Shown: positions 42,705 through 52,794 of the stretch, piece after piece | Layout: each line of letters opens with the position of its first letter | Numbering within the stretch: position 1 is the stretch's first letter | From: an uncultured delta proteobacterium | GTDB lineage: Bacteria > Myxococcota_A > Polyangia > Palsa-1104 | DNA length: 64,000 nt | Direction of reading: 5' to 3' | NCBI GenBank assembly: GCA_963785725.1 | Contig: CAWAWS010000027.1 | Coordinates: 44,879 to 108,878 of the forward strand | Translations under genes and position numbers: made by a program | Notes under the pieces: generated by a model | What the model was told of the DNA's origin: nothing | The model's input: only the letters and a program-made list of their open reading frames with translations | The model's database searches: none

Positions 42705-42707
42705 GCT

Positions 42708-43340
42708 TTACGGGACCTGAATGTAGAAGGCGGCGTGGCCGTGCGGCGAGGTCGGCGAATCGGTGCAGTTCTCGAAGAAGTGGAAGCGCACGGTCCATTG
42801 GCCGGCGGCGTCGAACGCGACCGGACCGATCGTGTAGACGCCGGGCGCCGTCAGCGTCGAGACCGTGGCCGAGGTGTTGGCCGGATGCGTGTCGCTCAAG
42901 AAGGCCTCGATGCGCACCGTGCCCGTGTACGTGATGGGCGCCAGCGTGGTCGCGTCCTTCAAGGTGACGTCGAAGCTGACGCCCTCGTTTTCGCAGACGG
43001 GCGCGACGGTGTAGCTGACGAAGTACTTGCAGTCGTCGTCGTTGCCGCTGGTGCCGTACATCGTGGCGCCGAAGTCGCTGCCGCCACCCGAGTCGTCATC
43101 GCCGGCGTCGACGTCGCACTGCGTGGGGTCGTAGGTCAAGAATTCGCCGCCGCCGTCATCATAGCAGTGTCGATCGGCAGGGCCAGTGACGGGACCGCCG
43201 CCGTTGGCCGCCGTGCAGGTGGCAGCGGACAGGTCGGCGCCTGCCGACATGTCGGCGCCGCCCTTGTTCGAGCTGCCGCCGCAGCCGGTGACAGCGACGG
43301 AGACTAAAGCACACGCGAGTAGTCGGTCGAGGTTGGTCAT
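42708..43340 (-). CDS. lipoprotein with YtkA/FixH-like Ig-fold domain
   Basis: Lipobox VTGC; DDDCKY, THPA, GQWTVRFHFFENC, PHGHAAF. Confidence 0.7.
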   Translation of the reverse strand: MTNLDRLLACALVSVAVTGCGGSSNKGGADMSAGADLSAATCTAANGGGPVTGPADRHCYDDGGGEFLTYDPTQCDVDAGDDDSGGGSDFGATMYGTSGNDDDCKYFVSYTVAPVCENEGVSFDVTLKDATTLAPITYTGTVRIEAFLSDTHPANTSATVSTLTAPGVYTIGPVAFDAAGQWTVRFHFFENCTDSPTSPHGHAAFYIQVP

Positions 43341-43375
43341 GGCCCGAGAATGCGGGAACGCGCGGCGCGTGAACA

Positions 43376-43540
43376 TGCGATCAATCTTCGCACCCGTGAT
43401 TGAGACGACGTGGCAGCGGCGCGCGGATCAGTAAAACTACGAGGCGAGCTGCGAAACGAATGCACGATTCGTTACGGACAAAGCTCGCGTTCGTAGCGGC
43501 GAGCCGCGCTTGCGGCCCCCTGCGATCAATCTTCGCACCC
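43376..43540. promoter_or_regulatory. two identical 20-bp boxes containing TGCGA-N7-TCGCA (RegA/PrrA-like)
   Basis: TGCGATCAATCTTCGCACCC at 43376-43395 and 43521-43540 in the divergent intergenic region. Confidence 0.7.
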
Positions 43541-43600
43541 CGGCATTGCGCTTGTTGGAACGACTGACGCAGCGTAGCCTTGGTCGTAAAGGTAGGGCGA

Positions 43601-44161
43601 ATGCGGTTCATGAACGAGCCATGGCGGTTGGCAATCGTGCTCTCGGCGTTCGTCGCCGGCTGCGGCGGCGCCGACAAGCCGAGCACGTCGGGACAGATGA
43701 CCGGCGCCGACATGAGCGCGCCGCCGCTCGTCGGCATGCTCTGCGTCGACGCGCGCGCCGACGATTGGCAGCTGCCGCTGACGAAGACGACGACGGGCGG
43801 CGCCTACAAAGTGACGCTCGTGTCGAGCCACGCCGGCATTCCCGTCATCGGCGACTCGACGACGACGTGGACCATCGCCATCGCCGACGCGACGACGGGC
43901 GCGCCGGTGCAAGGCGCGACGGTCGCGGTGTTGCCGTGGATGCCCGATCACGGCCACGGCACGTCGGTCAAAGCGGTCGTGACCGAATCGGCGACCACGC
44001 CCGGCCAATACGCGATGGAGCCGCTCTACTTCTTCATGGCCGGCTATTGGCAAGTGACGCTGACGATCACCGCCGACGGCGGCAATGCGACGAGCGGCGC
44101 GGCCGATGGTGGCACCGCCGACAAAGTCGTTTTCTCGCTCTGCCTCACTGACGCCACGTAA
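43601..44161 (+). CDS. YtkA/FixH-like lipoprotein
   Basis: Lipobox VAGC; PWMPDHGHGTS, PGQY, FMAGYWQV; start 43601 or 43610. Confidence 0.82.
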   Translation: MRFMNEPWRLAIVLSAFVAGCGGADKPSTSGQMTGADMSAPPLVGMLCVDARADDWQLPLTKTTTGGAYKVTLVSSHAGIPVIGDSTTTWTIAIADATTGAPVQGATVAVLPWMPDHGHGTSVKAVVTESATTPGQYAMEPLYFFMAGYWQVTLTITADGGNATSGAADGGTADKVVFSLCLTDAT

Positions 44162-44457
44162 TTCCGCTCAGTCACTGCGCCTCATTGGCAGTCGGCGACT
44201 GTCAATCCAACTCACACGTTCACGCGTAACGATTGTAATGGGCCAGACGCGCGGCGACTCGACGCGTCAATGAATCGCGCATTCACGCCTCGCGCGGGCG
44301 CTCTGTCACCGCGAGTTTCCCGACGAGAAACCGCGCTTCGGCGAGTCGCCGATTTGTTGCGCAACGTTTGACGAGGACCACACGACATTGGCGGACGACG
44401 TGGTATCTTTCAGTCCTGCGCAACTTAAGATTTCGCGCTGATTGTCGAGTAGATTGA

Positions 44458-45435
44458 ATGAACGCTTTGCTTATTCGTGCAGTTGGAATGGTCGTGGGTG
44501 GTTTGGCACTGACGAGCTGCACGGGCGCCGGGTTGACGGCGCCGCCGCCGCTCGATCTGTCGGCGCCGTCGCAGGTCGACGCGATGGTGACGCCGCCACC
44601 GCCGATTCGCATGCGCTTCGCCGTCATCGGCGACTTCGGCGTCGACACGCCGGACGAGAGCCGCGTCGCCAACCTCGTCAAGCAGCAGCATCCCGACTTC
44701 ATCATTACAGTCGGCGACAACAATTATCCCAACGGCGAAGCGTCGACGATCGATCAAAATATCGGACAGTATTATTCCGATTTCATCGGCGGCTATCACG
44801 GCGCGCACGGCAAAGGCAGCCCCATCAATCGCTTCTGGCCCTCGCTCGGCAATCACGACTGGTATGCGATGAACGGCAATCAGCCCTATCTCGATTACTT
44901 CACTTCACTGCCGGGTAATCGCCGTTATTACGACTTCGTGCAGGGCGACATTCACTTCTTCGCCGTCGACGCCGACGACCATGAGCCCGACGGCAACACG
45001 GCCAGCTCCGTGCAAGCGCATTGGCTGCATGACGCGATGGCGAAGTCGACGTCCTGCTTCAATGTCGTCTTCTTCCATCAGCCGGCGTTCAGCTCGGGGC
45101 CGCCGCAGTTCATCGAGCCGCAAATGAATTGGCCCTTTCACGCGTGGGGCGCCGACTTGGTGTTGAGCGGCCATCAACATCAATACGAGCGACTGCAGAT
45201 CGACGGCATTCCTTATGTCATCGATGGATTGGGCGGCGCGCTCAGCCGCTTCATGTTCCCCAATCAGGCGCCGGGCTCGCTCGTGCGCTACAACGACGAC
45301 TTCGGCGCGCTGCTCGTCGAGGTCACCGACGGCCAGCTCGACTTCCGCTTCCGCAACGTGCGCGACGAGATCATCGACGCCTTCACGATCAACAAGAGCT
45401 GCGCCAACAGCGACGGCGGCGCCGCCGGTCTGTAG
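44458..45435 (+). CDS. lipoprotein metallophosphoesterase (purple acid phosphatase-like)
   Basis: Lipobox LTSC; IGDFG, GDNNY, GNHDW, FHQP, SGHQHQYER. Confidence 0.9.
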   Translation: MNALLIRAVGMVVGGLALTSCTGAGLTAPPPLDLSAPSQVDAMVTPPPPIRMRFAVIGDFGVDTPDESRVANLVKQQHPDFIITVGDNNYPNGEASTIDQNIGQYYSDFIGGYHGAHGKGSPINRFWPSLGNHDWYAMNGNQPYLDYFTSLPGNRRYYDFVQGDIHFFAVDADDHEPDGNTASSVQAHWLHDAMAKSTSCFNVVFFHQPAFSSGPPQFIEPQMNWPFHAWGADLVLSGHQHQYERLQIDGIPYVIDGLGGALSRFMFPNQAPGSLVRYNDDFGALLVEVTDGQLDFRFRNVRDEIIDAFTINKSCANSDGGAAGL

Positions 45436-45442
45436 CGCGCGA

Positions 45443-46087
45443 TCAAGCCTGCGGTAGAGCGACGCCGAAGCGGAGCCCGCCGTGTTGGATGACGGCGGCG
45501 AGGCAGTCTTCGCCCGGCAGCGCCACGAAGTCGTGCGCGGTGCCGCTGGCCAGCTCGATCAGCTGGCCGGCGTGGAATTCGCGGCCGTCGTTCTGGCGCA
45601 AGCCGCCGGCGAGGACGAGCGTCGCTTCGGCGCCGAGGTGCTCGTGCGCGGGAAAGCGCGCGCCCGGCTCGAGCCGCAGAAAGCCGGTGTAGGCGCCGGC
45701 GCAGGCGGCTCCGGCGCGCGCCAAGCGGACGCGCAGGCCGGGAATCGGGCCCGGCTTCCAGGCGTCGTCGGCGGCGAGGCGGCCGAGCTGGCGCGCGCTC
45801 GCGTCGGCGTCGAGGTCGAAGAGCGCGGCCAGCGCGTCGACGTGGCGCCACAGCGGGCCCGCCTCCAACGAGCGCGTCAGGCGCTTGCGCATCGCCGGCG
45901 GCGGCGCGATCGGCGGCAGCGCGTCCGCCAAGAGCGCGCCCGCCTCGGCGACGACGACGAGCTGCGCGCGACACTCGGCGCAGCCGGCCAGATGCGCCTC
46001 GCCGCGCGCGCGTTCGGCGGGCGCGATGGCGTCGAGCGCGTGCTCCCACAGATCGGCTTCGTCGAGATGCGCGGATGCGGACGGCAT
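45443..46087 (-). CDS. ChrR-like anti-sigma factor (zinc anti-sigma domain plus cupin)
   Basis: HLAGCAEC (HxxxCxxC); FPAHEHLGAEATLVL, GTAHDF. Confidence 0.82.
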   Translation of the reverse strand: MPSASAHLDEADLWEHALDAIAPAERARGEAHLAGCAECRAQLVVVAEAGALLADALPPIAPPPAMRKRLTRSLEAGPLWRHVDALAALFDLDADASARQLGRLAADDAWKPGPIPGLRVRLARAGAACAGAYTGFLRLEPGARFPAHEHLGAEATLVLAGGLRQNDGREFHAGQLIELASGTAHDFVALPGEDCLAAVIQHGGLRFGVALPQA

Positions 46088-46282
46088 GACGCTGCTACGT
46101 CGATAGCTGCGCCGAAGGCGACGCGCAAGTGGGCTGGCGCACCAAATGACGGAAAACAGTTGAACAATTGACCCGAGACGCAATTCCTATCGGTTCTTCG
46201 CGCTAGAGGTTCGCCGACGGGAAGGAAATCGGGACGGCCGCTTAGCACGACCGCGACCGGCATCGCCGCCGATCGGGGCGGC

Positions 46283-49200
46283 TCAGTCGCCGGCTTGGGC
46301 GGCGCGCGACAGGCGTAAATAGAGCGCGGGCACGATGAAGAGCGTGCCCGGCGTCGAGCAGACGAGCCCGCCGAGCACGGCGATGGCGAGCGGTCGATGC
46401 ATCTCCGCGCCCGCGCCGAGGCCGAGCGCCAGCGGCACGAGCCCGACGAGCGTGCACAGCGTCGTCATCAGGATCGGCCGCAGGCGCACGGCGCCGGCCT
46501 CGACCAGCGCCGCGGCCAACGTCGCGCCCGCGGCCCGACTCTCGTCGGCGCGATGGACGAGGAGAATGCCGTTCTTGACGACGAGGCCGATGAGCAAGAT
46601 GGCGCCGAGGAGCGACGAGACGTTGAGCGCCGTGCCCGTCACCCACAGCGCGACGACGCCGCCGGCGAGCGCCACCGGCGTCGCCGCCAAGATCGCGATC
46701 GGCGCCGCCAGGCCGCGAAATTGGAAGACGAGGATCAAGAGCACCAGCGCCACCGCCGACGCCAGCGCCAGGCCGAGCTGCAGAAAGGCGCGCGCCTGCG
46801 TCAGCCGCTGGCCGCCGAGCTCGACGCTGTAGCCGCGCGGCATGGGCAGCGCCGTCAGCCGCGCGGCGACGGCGTGCACGGCCGAGCCGAGGCCGGCGCC
46901 TTGCAGACGCGCGGTCACCGGCACCATCGTGCGCAGGTTCTCGCGCATGATCTCGGCGGACGTGCAGTGATCGTCGACGCGACCGAGGCCGACGAGCGGG
47001 ACGAGCGTGCCGGCGGGCGTGCGAATCCGCAGCCGCGCCAACGCCGCGTCGTCGAAGCGCGCCGAGTCGGGCCAACGCACGCGCACGGGCACGAGGCGGT
47101 CGGCCTCGGGCAGCGGCGACGCCTCGGCGCCCCGCAGCGCCGCCGCCAACTGCGTCGCCACGGCGTCGGTGGTCAGGCCGAGACGACCGGCGGCGATCGG
47201 ATCGACCGTCAGCCGGCGCTCGGGCGAGCAGGCGACCTGCCCGTCGTACAAGTCGACGAGGCCGGGGACGTCGCGAATCGCCGTCGCCACGCGCAGCGCT
47301 TGCCGGCGCAGCTCGTCCTCGTCGGCACCGAAGATGCGCAGCTCGATGGGCTCGGGGCTGCCTTCGAGATCATCGAGCATGTCCTGCAGCACCTGAATCA
47401 GCTCGATGCGCACGCCCGGTGCGGCGGCGGCGGCGCGCCTGCGCACGTCGTCCATGACCTCTTCGATCGGCCGGCGCGCGCCCGATTTCAGGCGCACGAT
47501 GTAGTCGCCGCGGCTGGCGTCGGTCGCCGCCGGCGGGCCCAGCTCGGCGCCGAGGCGGCGCGAGAAGCTCTCGACGTCGGGCGTGGCGGCCAAGACGGCG
47601 TCGATATGGCCTGCGAGCGCGTCGGCGACGGGCAGCGCCGTGCCGACGGGCGTGAAGAAGTCGAGCACGAACGCGCCTTCGTCCATTTCGGGGATGAACC
47701 CGCTCTCGACGCGCGTCGCGGCGAAGGCGCCGATGGCGACGACGAGGCCGGCGACGACGAGCGCGCGCCACGGCCGTTGCAGCGAGCGTGACAGCGCCGC
47801 TGCATAGCGCGTGGCCAGCTGTTGCCCGGCCGGGACGTGCGGCGCCGGGCGCAAGAGCGCGGCCGCCAGCAGCGGAATCACCGTCAGCGCGATGACGAGC
47901 GACAGCAGCACCGCGGCGCCGAGCGCGACGGCCAGCGCGGCGAAGAAGGCGCCGACGACGCCCGAGAGAAAGCCGAGCGGCGCGAAGACCACGACCGTGG
48001 TCAGCGTCGACGAGACGACCGGGCCGGCGAGCTGCGCCGTGCCCGCTTGCGCCGCCTGCCGAGGCGAGCGGCCGGCGCCGAGCTCGCGATCGATCGCCTC
48101 GACGACGACGACCGCGTCATCGATGACGAGACCGACGGCGATCGCCAACCCGCCGAGCGACATGAGGTTGAGCGAGCCGTGCGTCAGATAGATGAGCGTG
48201 CACGCCGCCAACAGCGACGAGGGGATCGCCAAGGCGGCGATGAGCGTGGCGCGCGTCGAGCGTAGAAAGAGGAGCATCACCAGCGCCGACAGGCCGGCGC
48301 CGACGAGGATGGCGTCGCGCACGGCGGCGGTCGCGTCGGCCACCAGCGTCGCCTGCTCGTAGACGGGCGTGAGCGTGACGCCGGTCGGCACTTGCCTGGC
48401 GAGCGCGGCCAAGGCGGCGCGCAGGCCGGCGTCGAGCGTGACGACGTCGCCGCCGACGCGGCGGGCGACGTTGACGACGGCCGACGCGCCATGCGGCGAG
48501 CGCACGAGCAGCCGCGGATCGGCAAAGCCGGGCGCGATCGTCGCCAAGTCGCCGAGACGAACCGGCGCGCGCTCGCTGCCACCGACGACGACGTCGGCCA
48601 AGCGCGCCAAGCTGCCGGCGAGGCCGGAGACGACGACGGCATAGCGACGGTAGGCATGATCGACGCGACCGACGGTGACGAGCTTGTTGTCGGCGCTCAG
48701 GCGGTCGGCGATGTCGCTGATGGTGAGGCCGGCCGCTTCGGCGCGTCCGGGATCGACTTGGACCTCGATCTCGCGCACTTCGCCGGCGGTGACGGTGATG
48801 GGGCCGACGCCGGGGACGCGCGACAACGCCGGGCGCACTTCGTAGAGCGCCACGTCGCGCAGCTGCTCGGGCGGCACGTTGCCTTCGACGCTCACCGTCA
48901 GCACCGGGAAGGACGTGGGCGTGAGGCGCTCGGCTTGCAACGTCGTCGCCGGCGGCAAGTCGCCGCGCGTCTCGCCGAGGCGCGCCTGCACCAGCTGCAG
49001 CGCCGTCACCATGTCCGTGTCGGGCGTAAACTGCAGCGACAGCTCGACGGCCCCGCGAATCGTCCGCGAGCGCACGCGCGTCACGCCGAGCACCGGCGCC
49101 AGCGCCTCTTCCAGCGGCCGCGTCACGTTGCGCAGGACCAGCTCCGCCGTCGCGTCGGGCAGCGTGGCGACGACGATGACGCGCGGAAACGCCAGCTCGG

Positions 49201-49312
49201 GATAGAGCCCGCGCGGCAGGGCGCGATAGGCCGCGGCGCCACCGAGCACGCCCAGCGCGACCGCCAGCGCCACGCCGGCCGCGTGGCGGGCGAGCCAGCC
49301 GGACGCGTTCAT
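46283..49312 (-). CDS. RND efflux permease (CusA/CzcA-related subfamily)
   Basis: YPELAFPR, NLMSLGGLAIAVGLVIDDAVVVVE, PEMDEGAF, VVKNGILL, RLRPILMT. Confidence 0.93.
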   Translation of the reverse strand: MNASGWLARHAAGVALAVALGVLGGAAAYRALPRGLYPELAFPRVIVVATLPDATAELVLRNVTRPLEEALAPVLGVTRVRSRTIRGAVELSLQFTPDTDMVTALQLVQARLGETRGDLPPATTLQAERLTPTSFPVLTVSVEGNVPPEQLRDVALYEVRPALSRVPGVGPITVTAGEVREIEVQVDPGRAEAAGLTISDIADRLSADNKLVTVGRVDHAYRRYAVVVSGLAGSLARLADVVVGGSERAPVRLGDLATIAPGFADPRLLVRSPHGASAVVNVARRVGGDVVTLDAGLRAALAALARQVPTGVTLTPVYEQATLVADATAAVRDAILVGAGLSALVMLLFLRSTRATLIAALAIPSSLLAACTLIYLTHGSLNLMSLGGLAIAVGLVIDDAVVVVEAIDRELGAGRSPRQAAQAGTAQLAGPVVSSTLTTVVVFAPLGFLSGVVGAFFAALAVALGAAVLLSLVIALTVIPLLAAALLRPAPHVPAGQQLATRYAAALSRSLQRPWRALVVAGLVVAIGAFAATRVESGFIPEMDEGAFVLDFFTPVGTALPVADALAGHIDAVLAATPDVESFSRRLGAELGPPAATDASRGDYIVRLKSGARRPIEEVMDDVRRRAAAAAPGVRIELIQVLQDMLDDLEGSPEPIELRIFGADEDELRRQALRVATAIRDVPGLVDLYDGQVACSPERRLTVDPIAAGRLGLTTDAVATQLAAALRGAEASPLPEADRLVPVRVRWPDSARFDDAALARLRIRTPAGTLVPLVGLGRVDDHCTSAEIMRENLRTMVPVTARLQGAGLGSAVHAVAARLTALPMPRGYSVELGGQRLTQARAFLQLGLALASAVALVLLILVFQFRGLAAPIAILAATPVALAGGVVALWVTGTALNVSSLLGAILLIGLVVKNGILLVHRADESRAAGATLAAALVEAGAVRLRPILMTTLCTLVGLVPLALGLGAGAEMHRPLAIAVLGGLVCSTPGTLFIVPALYLRLSRAAQAGD

Positions 49313-50412
49313 CGCGCGACCTGCACCTGTACTTTGGTCCCGTCGGGCAGCGAGTAGCCGCCGGCGACGATGACGCGCTCGCCGGCCTGAAGGCCACGCG
49401 TGACCTCGACGAGCGCGCCGGCGCCGCCGGAGTCGGGGCCGAGCGTGAGCGTGCGATGGGCGACGAGGCCGTCGGCGCCGACGACGGCGACGTTGTTGGC
49501 GCTGCCGCCTTCGCCGGGCAAGAGCGCGGCGCGCGGCACGGCCAGCGCCGTATGCGACGGGCCCAAGATGGCGCCGCGCGCGAACAGGCCGCCGCGCAAA
49601 CGGCCGTCGCTGTTGGCGACGCGGATGCGGACGATGACGGTGTTGGTGGCGCTGTCGACGAGCGGCGCGATGGCCTCGACCTGACCGGCGACGGTGCCGA
49701 TGCCGTCGACGTCGAGCTCGGCCGCCTGACCGACGGCGAGCGCGCCCACCTGCCCCGCCGCCACCGGCGCGCGCAAGTCGAGGACGCGCGTGTCGGCGAC
49801 TTCGATGACCGGCGTCGCGTTGCCGTCGACGGGCTGACCGGCCGGCACCAAGATCGCGGCCACGACGCCGGCGATGGGCGCCTTCAGCGTCGCGCGGCCG
49901 AGGTTGACGCCGGCGATGCCGCCCGTCGCCTGCGCCTGCTTGAGCCCGCTCTCGGCCGCCACCAGCGTCGCGCGCGCGTCGTCGACCTCTTGCTTGGCGG
50001 CGATGCCGTCGCGGAAGAGCCGCTCGGTGCGCTCGAGCTTGGTGCGCGCGTTGACGAGCGCGGCGTCGGCCTGCTCGCGCTGCGCCAGCGCCTCCGACAC
50101 GTGCTGCTGCATCTGCTCGGCCTCGACGTGCGCCAGCGCCTGCCCGACCTGCACGCGGTCACCCTCGGCCACGAAGACGCGATCGACGCGACCTTGCACG
50201 AGCGCGCCCACTTTGACGTCGCGGCCGGGCAAGGGCGCGAGCACGCCGGCGACGAGCGTGCGCGGCGCGATCGGCTGCGGCGCGACCGCCACCACCTGCA
50301 CCGCCGGCAATACCGCCTCCGGCTCGGCCTCGCTGTGCTGACAGCCCGCGAGCGCCGCCACGCCGACGCCCACGAGCGCGCGACCGAGATCAAGGAGTCG
50401 AGAGCGCGACAC
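49309..50412 (-). CDS. RND periplasmic adaptor (MFP)
   Basis: GTG at 50412 after GGAGGAGG; lipobox LAGC; VAEGDRV, LKAPIAG, LRGGLF. Confidence 0.9.
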   Translation of the reverse strand: MSRSRLLDLGRALVGVGVAALAGCQHSEAEPEAVLPAVQVVAVAPQPIAPRTLVAGVLAPLPGRDVKVGALVQGRVDRVFVAEGDRVQVGQALAHVEAEQMQQHVSEALAQREQADAALVNARTKLERTERLFRDGIAAKQEVDDARATLVAAESGLKQAQATGGIAGVNLGRATLKAPIAGVVAAILVPAGQPVDGNATPVIEVADTRVLDLRAPVAAGQVGALAVGQAAELDVDGIGTVAGQVEAIAPLVDSATNTVIVRIRVANSDGRLRGGLFARGAILGPSHTALAVPRAALLPGEGGSANNVAVVGADGLVAHRTLTLGPDSGGAGALVEVTRGLQAGERVIVAGGYSLPDGTKVQVQVAR

Positions 50413-51613
50413 CGCTGGCCTCCTCCAGATCTGCGCGCGCCGCTTGCACGGCAAAGAGCGCGTCGACGCGGCCGAGCTCGGCGTCGAGGAGCGCGCGCTC
50501 GGCTTCGATGAGCGGCAACAGGCCCGTCTTGCCGGCGGCGAAGCCTTCGCGCGCCATCTGCTCGACCGCGCGCGCCGTCGGCAGGTAGTCGGCGTCGTAA
50601 AACCGCGCGCGGGCGACGGCCGCCGTCAGCTGATCGTGCGCGCTCTTGAGCGCGGCGTCGATGCGGCGATAGGCGGCGGCGCGCTTCCAGTCGGCCAGCT
50701 TGGCTTCGGCCTCGGCGCGCGCGATCGGGCCGCCGTTGAGGCTCAAGACCGGCAATTCGAACGTGAGGCCGGCGCGCGGCCCCCAACACGTACGGCCGCC
50801 GTCGTTACAAGTAGACGGGTCCAGCAATTCGGCGCCGAGATCGAGCTGCGGCGTCGGGCGGCGATCGGCGCGGGCGGCGGCGGCGCGCGCCAGCGCCGAC
50901 TGCCGCTCGCGCTCGATGGCGACGAGGTCGGGATGGCCGGCGAGCGCCGCTTGCAGCGTGGTCAGCTCCGGCGTCGCGCCGACGCGCTCCAGCGGATCGA
51001 CGAGCGGCGGCGCGCCGCCGTCGAGGCCAGTCACGCGCATGAGCTCGAGCGCGGCCACGCGCGCCGTCGTCTGGCGGTCGAGCACGTCTTGGCGGGCGCG
51101 CGCATGCACGAGCTCCGCCTGCGACTTCTCCAGCCGATTACCGGCGCCGACGTCGAAGCGTTCGGCCGCCATCGCCGCCACGCGCGCCGTCAACGTCTCC
51201 ACCTGGCGCGCGATCTCGACCTCGGTCAGGGCGCGCACGGCCGTATAATAGGCGATGCGCGCGTCGTGGCGCAGCCGCCACAGCTGCGCGCGCACGCTCG
51301 CCTCGGCCTCGTCGACGCCGCGCTCGGCCGCGCGCACGTGGCTGCCGCGTTGGCCGAAGATGGGCAGGCGCAACGACACGCCGGCGTTGAAGATGGGCTC
51401 GGAGCGGCCGGCGCCGAGCACCAGCGCCGGATTGGGCAGCATGCGCGCCGTGCGCACGTCGGCGGCGGCGATCGGCAGCGCCGCGGCGGCCACGGCGCGA
51501 TCGGGCCCGGCGTCGACCACGCGGGCGACGGCATCGGCGAGCGTCAACGGCGCGGCGGCGACCGCGGGCGCGACGAACACGGGCCAGGTGCACAGGACGA
51601 GGCGCGCCATCAT
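50390..51613 (-). CDS. TolC/CzcC-family outer membrane factor
   Basis: PLTLADAV, ARMLPNP, LPIFGQR, GFAAGKTGLLPLIEAER; overlaps both neighbours. Confidence 0.87.
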   Translation of the reverse strand: MMARLVLCTWPVFVAPAVAAAPLTLADAVARVVDAGPDRAVAAAALPIAAADVRTARMLPNPALVLGAGRSEPIFNAGVSLRLPIFGQRGSHVRAAERGVDEAEASVRAQLWRLRHDARIAYYTAVRALTEVEIARQVETLTARVAAMAAERFDVGAGNRLEKSQAELVHARARQDVLDRQTTARVAALELMRVTGLDGGAPPLVDPLERVGATPELTTLQAALAGHPDLVAIERERQSALARAAAARADRRPTPQLDLGAELLDPSTCNDGGRTCWGPRAGLTFELPVLSLNGGPIARAEAEAKLADWKRAAAYRRIDAALKSAHDQLTAAVARARFYDADYLPTARAVEQMAREGFAAGKTGLLPLIEAERALLDAELGRVDALFAVQAARADLEEASGVALSTP

Positions 51614-52794
51614 TCGCGCCCGACTTTCGCAGGTCCGGCGGCCGCGAGCGCATCTTTCGGCTGCGCGACGGCCACAGGCGCATCTTTCGGCTGCGCGGCC
51701 GACCCCGGCGCGACGAGCGCAGGCGCAGCCGACGCGAGGTCGGCCGACGCGTCGACGACGAAGGCGTTGCCGCCGAGCGCGCCCGCGGCCCAGCGCACGT
51801 CGGCGCCCATCGCGCGCGCCATCTGCCGCGCCAGCGCCAAGCCCAAGCCGAAGCCGTCGCTCTTGCCGCGCTCGGCGTCGGCGCGATAGAAGCGCTCGAA
51901 CACGCGCTCGCGCTCGCTCGCGTCGAGCGGTGGCGCCGTGTCCTCGACGGTGACGCGCGCCCGTCCGGCCGCTTGCGCGACCTGCACTTGCACGCGACCG
52001 CCCGCCGGCGTGAACTTGCAGGCGTTGTCGACGAGGTTGGCCAAGACGCGACCGAGCCACAGCGGATCGAGCGTCACCGTCACCGACTGCGGGCAGACAC
52101 AGCTCAAGCGCAGCTGCCGCGCGGCAAACAGCGGCTCGAACGGCTCCAGCGTGCGGCGCACCAACTCGCCCAGCTCGAGCGGCTCGGGCTTGACGCTCAA
52201 GCTGCCCGAGTCGGAGCGCGCCAGCGTCAACAGCGCATCGACGAGCCGCGACCACTCGCCCAAGTCCTCGAGCGCGCTCTCGAGCGCCTGGCGCATGTCG
52301 TCGGGCGAGCGCGGATGGCGCAGCGTCAGCTCGAGGTTGCCCATCAACGCCGCCATCGGCGTGCGCAGCTCGTGCGAGGCGTCGGCGGTGAAGCGCCGCA
52401 TGGCCTCCACCGAGTGCTCGAGCCGCTGCAGCATGCCGTTGACGGCGGCGACGAGACGCGCGACCTCGTCGACCATCCCCGGCGGCGCCGGCACGCGCAG
52501 CGACAGCGCGTCGGCGGTGAGCCGCTCGGTCGTGCCGATCATCTCCTCGAGCGGCGCCAGCGCGCGGCGCGTGACGACGATGGCGCCGCCGACGCCGACC
52601 GCGATCGCCACCGGCAACGCCGCCAACAGCGTGTACAAGAGGTGCGTTCCCGTGTGCTCGGCGGCGGCGACCTCGGGCGAGTCTTCGTCACCGGCTTCGA
52701 CGACCGCGTAGACGACGATGCTGAACGCAGCCAGGATCAGTGCCAGCGTCACGCCGTAGAACCAGGCCAGGCGCGCACGCAGCGTGCGTCTCAT
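51610..52794 (-). CDS. sensor histidine kinase (CusS/CzcS-like core, very short periplasmic loop)
   Basis: Two TM, HAMP, RRFTADASHELRTP, NLVDNACKF, FERFYR, GFGLGL. Confidence 0.92.
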   Translation of the reverse strand: MRRTLRARLAWFYGVTLALILAAFSIVVYAVVEAGDEDSPEVAAAEHTGTHLLYTLLAALPVAIAVGVGGAIVVTRRALAPLEEMIGTTERLTADALSLRVPAPPGMVDEVARLVAAVNGMLQRLEHSVEAMRRFTADASHELRTPMAALMGNLELTLRHPRSPDDMRQALESALEDLGEWSRLVDALLTLARSDSGSLSVKPEPLELGELVRRTLEPFEPLFAARQLRLSCVCPQSVTVTLDPLWLGRVLANLVDNACKFTPAGGRVQVQVAQAAGRARVTVEDTAPPLDASERERVFERFYRADAERGKSDGFGLGLALARQMARAMGADVRWAAGALGGNAFVVDASADLASAAPALVAPGSAAQPKDAPVAVAQPKDALAAAGPAKVGRE

